Shown in pieces: positions 7,429-11,923 of a stretch of 11,923 nucleotides of DNA. Under the pieces are notes generated by a model. That model was not told where the DNA came from, did not search any database, and saw nothing but the letters and a program-made list of their open reading frames with translations. The stretch is from Gammaproteobacteria bacterium (GTDB taxonomy: Bacteria; Pseudomonadota; Gammaproteobacteria; GCA-002705445; GCA-002716945). The stretch lies in contig JBJKYD010000006.1 in assembly GCA_045561295.1 (NCBI GenBank), forward strand, positions 1 through 11,923. Direction: 5' to 3'. Within the stretch, counting starts at the first letter, position 1, and every line of letters begins with the position of its first letter. The translations under genes and the position numbers were made by a program.

Positions 7429-7457
7429 AGTATAGGTATAATCAAATTCAAATTCAA
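7429..7457 (-). promoter_or_regulatory. Sigma70-type promoter for the DUF1326-DUF2182 unit
   Basis: TTGAAT (7457-7452), 17-bp spacer, TATACT (7434-7429) on the minus strand. Confidence 0.55.
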
Positions 7458-7599
7458 AAACTATTTCCTACTTCTGGACATATACTCACCAAAAAGTAGC
7501 ACTTATAATCAATAAGATATCTAAATTAAATGAATAATGTCTTAATCCTTAAAATAATTGTGATAAAGTAGGAGATGTAATTACGACTTAGGGGGTCAA

Positions 7600-7821
7600 A
7601 TGAGACATATAAAACTTCTATCTGTACTATTACTTACAGGAATCATCACAGCATGTGGTGGTAGTGGAACATCCGCACCATCAGAATATATGGTGAAGAT
7701 TTATCCAATTGAAAATGATTTCGATCGTTTTGAAGAAGTTGGTCCTGTATCATCTCGCGATGCATGTACAGCTAAGGCTATGGAAATGAAAGCAGCAGCT
7801 TACGAATGCCAGCCTAAATAA
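7600..7821 (+). CDS. Small hypothetical lipoprotein (73 aa)
   Basis: GGGGGT SD-like sequence just upstream. Signal peptide MRHIKLLSVLLLTGIITA-C with lipobox ITAC, a Gly/Ser linker and two further Cys. Followed by an intrinsic terminator. Confidence 0.8.
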   Translation: MRHIKLLSVLLLTGIITACGGSGTSAPSEYMVKIYPIENDFDRFEEVGPVSSRDACTAKAMEMKAAAYECQPK

Positions 7822-7854
7822 AAAAAATTTACGTCATTTAATTTCGTAAAACCT

Positions 7855-7888
7855 AAAACCGTTAAATTCTAGATTTAGCGGTTTTTTT
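7855..7888 (+). terminator. Intrinsic terminator between the convergent lipoprotein gene and dat, possibly bidirectional
   Basis: AAAACCGTTAAAT-tctag-ATTTAGCGGTTTT stem (one G-U pair on the plus strand) running into T7. The A-run on the other side gives a short U-tail on the minus strand. Confidence 0.75.
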
Positions 7889-8747
7889 ATTTGTAAGTAT
7901 CTTTAATAAATTGTTGTGCGTGTTGATATAGCTTCATAGAAACCGGGCCAGCTGTATTAGATATTGTATTATTATCCAACTGAGTAATTGGAACAACCGG
8001 ATTAGTAGAGCTTGAGCAAAAAATTTCATCAGCTGATAACAATAGATTTCTCGGAATATCACATTCTTCGAAATCTAAATTATTTTGAATAATTAAATCA
8101 GTTAAGAATTTTCGAGTGATGCCTGGTAAAAGCTTATTACTTAGTTTTGGTGTTTTTATTACGCCCTTATCTACAATAAAAACATTGCTTGCTGAGCCTT
8201 CAGTAAGGTATTCATCTCTGAGTAATAATGCTTCATATGCATCGTCAGTATAAGCTTTGTTTTTAATAAGCACATTGGCCAGAAGAGAGGTTGATTTGAT
8301 ATTTGATTTAAGCCATCGGTAATCTTCTTCAATTATTGCTTTTTTACCCAATTCAATCGTAGCTTTATCAAAAGGCTTATAGTTTTCACCCATAATTAAT
8401 ATCGTGGGCTCACATTCTTTGGAATAAATGTGATTTCTTTTTTTGTCAACACCACGTGAAATATGGATATAAATATAATGATTTACATAATCATTTTGGT
8501 CGATGAGAGAGTTAATTATCTTGATGAACTTATCATCATCCACTGTAGATGGATCGATATTGATTAATTCCAAACTACTTTTCAATCGATTTAAATGATT
8601 CTCGATATAAAAAATATGCTTATTATAAACTGGTACCAGCTCATAGACTCCATCGCCGAACAAAAAACCCCTGTCTAATATTGATAGTGTGGTTTGATGT
8701 TTTGGAGAATATTTTCCGTTTAAATAGACAACTTCTGAGTTTGGCAT
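7887..8747 (-). CDS. dat: D-amino acid aminotransferase (PLP-dependent, fold type IV)
   Basis: DRGFLFGDGVYE, IKSTSLLANVL, EGSASNVF and LPGITRK motifs. Translationally coupled (TAATG) downstream of dacA. Confidence 0.8.
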   Translation of the reverse strand: MPNSEVVYLNGKYSPKHQTTLSILDRGFLFGDGVYELVPVYNKHIFYIENHLNRLKSSLELINIDPSTVDDDKFIKIINSLIDQNDYVNHYIYIHISRGVDKKRNHIYSKECEPTILIMGENYKPFDKATIELGKKAIIEEDYRWLKSNIKSTSLLANVLIKNKAYTDDAYEALLLRDEYLTEGSASNVFIVDKGVIKTPKLSNKLLPGITRKFLTDLIIQNNLDFEECDIPRNLLLSADEIFCSSSTNPVVPITQLDNNTISNTAGPVSMKLYQHAQQFIKDTYK

Positions 8748-9874
8748 TATAGATCCATGAGCAATGAATCAACTGTCCTTCTATATAGTGAGCCCTCGTT
8801 TACACTTTCAAGTGCAGTTAACTTATAAGTTTGTATGATTTCATCATTCAATTTGACATTAATAAAACCAATAGTCTCATTTTGATTGATAGGAGCAGTA
8901 AGTTGCTTATCAATTACATACTGATATTTCAGATTCTTTTTTTGACGTCTTGGGATAGTTACAGAGCTATCTTGATTTACTCCAAATTTAACCTCAGATT
9001 TATCACCTCCGTATACACGCGCTTTAGATATTTCTATATCTTTTTTAAATAACTTATGTGTTTCAAAAAATCTAAAACCGTATTCAAGTAGTGTACGGCT
9101 GGATTGGATGCGAACGTCTGGTGTTGGAGCGCCCATTATAACAGCAATTAATCTTCTGTTGCCTCGTTTTGCTGAACTTGCAAGACAGTATCCAGCAGCA
9201 TTGGTAAAACCGGTTTTGATACCATCTACATTTTCATCAATAAAAAGAAGTTTGTTCCTTGAATACTGTTTTATATCATTAAATTTAAATGATTTAGTAG
9301 AGTATAATTTATACAACTCTGGAAAATTCGATATTAACGAGCGAGAAAGCAGAGCAATATCCTCTGCAGTTGTATACAGGCTATCATTAGGGAGGCCCGT
9401 TGCATTTGTGTAGTTTGTATTAGCTAATCCAATGTTTTTTGCCATTTGATTCATATATATTGCAAACGTATTTTCATCTCCTGATATGTGTTCTGCAAGC
9501 GCAACACTAGCATCATTTCCTGATACAGTAATGACACCCTGTAAAATCTCTTTAAATTTTATCTTTTTACCAACTTCAATGAACATTTTAGATCCACCCG
9601 TCTTCCAAGCTTTCTTACTCACCAAAACATCTTCGCTTAGTGAGATGTTATTTTCATTAAGTTCTGTGAATGCTAGATAAGCCGTCATCATTTTGGTGAT
9701 ACTTGCGGGAGGCAGAGTCAAATCTTTATTGTTTGAGGCTAATATCATACCGCTATCAAAATCCATTAAAACATATGCTTTTACATTTAAATTTGGTGCT
9801 GGTGGAATAGGAGATGAATAGGCAAGGTTTCCTAAAGTTATAGCTACGATGAAAGGGTATAGATATTTACACAT
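8747..9874 (-). CDS. dacA: D-alanyl-D-alanine carboxypeptidase (PBP5/6 family, peptidase S11)
   Basis: PASITK (SxxK), SGNDA (SxN) and DGIKTGFT (KTG) motifs, a signal peptide, and a PBP5 C-terminal domain. Confidence 0.93.
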   Translation of the reverse strand: MCKYLYPFIVAITLGNLAYSSPIPPAPNLNVKAYVLMDFDSGMILASNNKDLTLPPASITKMMTAYLAFTELNENNISLSEDVLVSKKAWKTGGSKMFIEVGKKIKFKEILQGVITVSGNDASVALAEHISGDENTFAIYMNQMAKNIGLANTNYTNATGLPNDSLYTTAEDIALLSRSLISNFPELYKLYSTKSFKFNDIKQYSRNKLLFIDENVDGIKTGFTNAAGYCLASSAKRGNRRLIAVIMGAPTPDVRIQSSRTLLEYGFRFFETHKLFKKDIEISKARVYGGDKSEVKFGVNQDSSVTIPRRQKKNLKYQYVIDKQLTAPINQNETIGFINVKLNDEIIQTYKLTALESVNEGSLYRRTVDSLLMDL

Positions 9875-9885
9875 AAGATTAGATT

Positions 9886-9894
9886 ATTATAACA
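9886..9894 (-). promoter_or_regulatory. Extended -10 promoter (TGnTATAAT) for dacA-dat
   Basis: TGTTATAAT on the minus strand in the 24-bp mltB-dacA gap, 11 nt before the dacA ATG. No SD is present. Confidence 0.55.
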
Positions 9895-9898
9895 AAAA

Positions 9899-10912
9899 TT
9901 ACTGTGATTGAGTTTTTATTTTATCGGCCAGTGTATATACAGCAAGAGCGTACAGTCGGCTTCTGTTATATCTTGTAATTGTATAGAAATTATTATGTCC
10001 AAAACTGAAGACATCTTTATTGCCTTCAATTCGTTTTATAACTGATAACTTTTCATTTGAATTAATTTTCCTTGGAGCAATAATTTTAAGGCTCAAATAA
10101 TTCTTATAGGGCGTGTGAGGCTTATATGTTTTCTTAGAGAGCTTTTCAAGGTTTGATCTATTATTATCCACTGGCAAGTCAGTCAAAATGAGACCATTTC
10201 TTGACCATCCATTTCTTTTTAAGTAATTGGCAACGCTCCCGATAACATCGGCATTAGAATTCCAAAGATCGGCATAATTGTCACCATCAAAATCAATAGC
10301 GTAATTTCTATAGGAGCTAGATATAAATTGTGGCTTTCCTAATGCTCCAGCATATGAACCTTTTATAGACGAAGGATTTAGATTATTCTCCCTACATAGA
10401 AGTAAGAAATTTTCGAGCTCGGATCTATAAAACTGATGCCTTCTCCCTTTGTTGGGACCAAGTGATAACGAGGCTAGAGTGTCGAAAGTTTTAAATGTTC
10501 CTAAATTTTTCCCATATCTGGTTTCGATACCAATTATTGCAACAATGATTTCTTTTGGTACTCCAAAGCGTTGAGATGCTCTATCTAAGTATTTGATGTT
10601 TTCTTGTGCAAATATTTTTCCATTTTCAATATTATGTTTATTTATAAATAATTTTTTATAGTTAAGGCATTGATTTTCTTGTGGCTCACAGCCATTCCAC
10701 GTAAGTCTTCTCTCAGGAGCTTTCTTAAAAAATTTCTTTAACTTTTTTTCTTCTTTAATCTGACTGAATAGTTTTTTTAAGTTATCTTTTTTATAATCAT
10801 GTTTTTCATACATTTCATCTATAAACTCAGTAACAATATCAGAATTATAAGAGTTACTTGCTGAGAGATTCAAAGCAAAGAGTGATAAAAAAAGTCCTAC
10901 ATAGTATCTCAT
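9899..10912 (-). CDS. mltB: Lytic murein transglycosylase B family (MltB/SltB1-like, no lipobox)
   Basis: IIVAIIGIETRYG (catalytic Glu), GSYAGALGKPQF, EF-hand-like DFDGDNYADLW and ITRYNRS..YALAV motifs. The Sec-type signal peptide lacks a Cys. Confidence 0.92.
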   Translation of the reverse strand: MRYYVGLFLSLFALNLSASNSYNSDIVTEFIDEMYEKHDYKKDNLKKLFSQIKEEKKLKKFFKKAPERRLTWNGCEPQENQCLNYKKLFINKHNIENGKIFAQENIKYLDRASQRFGVPKEIIVAIIGIETRYGKNLGTFKTFDTLASLSLGPNKGRRHQFYRSELENFLLLCRENNLNPSSIKGSYAGALGKPQFISSSYRNYAIDFDGDNYADLWNSNADVIGSVANYLKRNGWSRNGLILTDLPVDNNRSNLEKLSKKTYKPHTPYKNYLSLKIIAPRKINSNEKLSVIKRIEGNKDVFSFGHNNFYTITRYNRSRLYALAVYTLADKIKTQSQ

Positions 10913-11923
10913 TATTTTCTCAAAAGCCTTTGGTGGGATTTAATTGACATGATAATGCCAAGTGCCGCAAAAACCGTCAACATAGATGTTCCTCCATAAC
11001 TCATAAATGGTAATGGCGCACCTACGATTGGTAGTATTCCAACAACCATACCTACATTAACCAGCACATATAAAAATATAGTTAATATGAGTGTTGCAGA
11101 CAATATCCTTGAAAAATTATCCGTAGCTTTAATTGATATACTCATCCCTCGTAAAGCTACAAGAACGTAGAGTGTGATTAATATAACTACCCCTACAAAT
11201 CCAAATTCTTCACCAAAGGCAGAAAATATAAAATCTGTATGATTTTCTGGAAGAAAATCTAACTGTGACTGAGTCCCATTCATATAGCCTTTTCCAAAAA
11301 GACCTCCAGAACCTAAAGAAATTTTTGATTGCGCAAGATGATAGCCAGATCCAAGTGTATCCATGTTTGGACTAAAAAAAGAGAGTATGCGTGATTTTTG
11401 ATATTCATACATAAATGACCATAATAGTGGTATTGCACCTATAATGAGCCCGATTCCTAAAAAAATATGAGTGATCTTTATTCCTGACAAAAATATCGCT
11501 ATAGCGCCCGAGCTGACAATAAGAAGAGCTGTTCCAAGGTCAGGTTGCTTTGCAATTAGTAAAGCTGGAACAACTATTATAATAACTGCTATAGAGAGAT
11601 TTTTTAACTTTGGTGGTAATGCCTTGTCAGAATAAAATGATGCGATCATAAGTGGTACAAAAAGTTTCATTAATTCGGATGGTTGAAACCTTAAAATATA
11701 GAAATCAAGCCATCGATCAGCAGACTTTCCTACCCCAAAAAAAATTGTAAGCACCAATAAAATAATTCCGAAAATATAAAGCAAAGGTGAAAATAGTTTA
11801 AAATTATCTGGATGAATTTGTGCTAGAAGAATCATAGCTGTTAATCCGATAGCAATTCTTATTAATTGTTTAATTATTAAATTGATGTCTCCGCCTGAGA
11901 CACTAAATAGTGTTGCTAGTCCA
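10912..11923 (-). CDS. rodA: Rod shape-determining protein RodA (SEDS glycosyltransferase), 5' end beyond the window
   Basis: RW...QPSELMK, QPDLGT, GSGYHLAQSKISLGSGG..GKG, FLPENHTDFIF and PLPFMSYGGTS motifs. The frame stays open upstream of the ORF-track start (GLATLFSVSGGDINLIIKQLIRIAIG...) to the window edge. Confidence 0.95.
   Translation of the reverse strand, partial: GLATLFSVSGGDINLIIKQLIRIAIGLTAMILLAQIHPDNFKLFSPLLYIFGIILLVLTIFFGVGKSADRWLDFYILRFQPSELMKLFVPLMIASFYSDKALPPKLKNLSIAVIIIVVPALLIAKQPDLGTALLIVSSGAIAIFLSGIKITHIFLGIGLIIGAIPLLWSFMYEYQKSRILSFFSPNMDTLGSGYHLAQSKISLGSGGLFGKGYMNGTQSQLDFLPENHTDFIFSAFGEEFGFVGVVILITLYVLVALRGMSISIKATDNFSRILSATLILTIFLYVLVNVGMVVGILPIVGAPLPFMSYGGTSMLTVFAALGIIMSIKSHQRLLRK

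Noticed and set aside
7570-7580. AGGAG followed immediately by ATG-TAA (minimal start-stop ORF) upstream of the lipoprotein
   Set aside because: There is no spacing between the SD-like sequence and the ATG, so initiation is unlikely. Probably chance.
7372-7599. Riboswitch, sRNA, tRNA or CRISPR array in the largest intergenic region
   Set aside because: No recognisable conserved RNA motif, cloverleaf or repeat-spacer periodicity. An Rfam/Infernal scan would be needed to exclude this fully.
5612-7821. Mobile element or genomic island carrying the DUF pair and lipoprotein
   Set aside because: No integrase, transposase, tRNA target or flanking direct repeats were seen, and composition is not obviously different by eye.
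7820-7850. Second hairpin TTTACG/CGTAAA with a minus-strand U-run as a separate dat terminator
   Set aside because: The stem is only 6 bp and AT-rich with an 11-nt loop, too weak to call.
7887-8747. ilvE or pabC assignment for the class IV aminotransferase
   Set aside because: The DRGFLFGDGVYE and IKSTSLL motifs plus coupling to dacA favour D-amino acid aminotransferase, though substrate specificity is not proven.
478-9680. Short alternative-frame and antisense ORFs in the track (e.g. 478-687, 743-943, 1854-2330, 2411-2644, 3644-3958, 6117-6431, 6710-6943, 7130-7375, 9108-9413)
   Set aside because: All lie within or almost entirely overlap well-supported genes and show no motifs. They look like shadow ORFs.

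Overview
AT-rich, tightly packed bacterial chromosomal segment. Gene content and order suggest a streamlined, probably marine, gammaproteobacterium (inference). From left to right it holds a partial mrp/apbC (-), then metG, an orphan anchor-less rnfB-like ferredoxin and nth (+), a single-domain MazG (-), and the amgK-murU peptidoglycan-recycling pair (+). Next comes an accessory block with DUF2182 and DUF1326 genes (-) and a small orphan lipoprotein (+), followed by the cell-wall cluster rodA(partial)-mltB-dacA-dat (-). The most interesting element is the DUF1326/DUF2182 pair. The Cys-rich DUF1326 protein carries an apparent Tat signal peptide with a Lys-Arg variant motif, and the DUF2182 membrane protein has an internally duplicated Met-rich loop. 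The pair has its own sigma70-like promoter, a palindromic operator-like site and an intergenic hairpin. Together these suggest an uncharacterised periplasmic metal (possibly Cu)/redox module. No RNA genes, CRISPR arrays or mobile elements were recognised.
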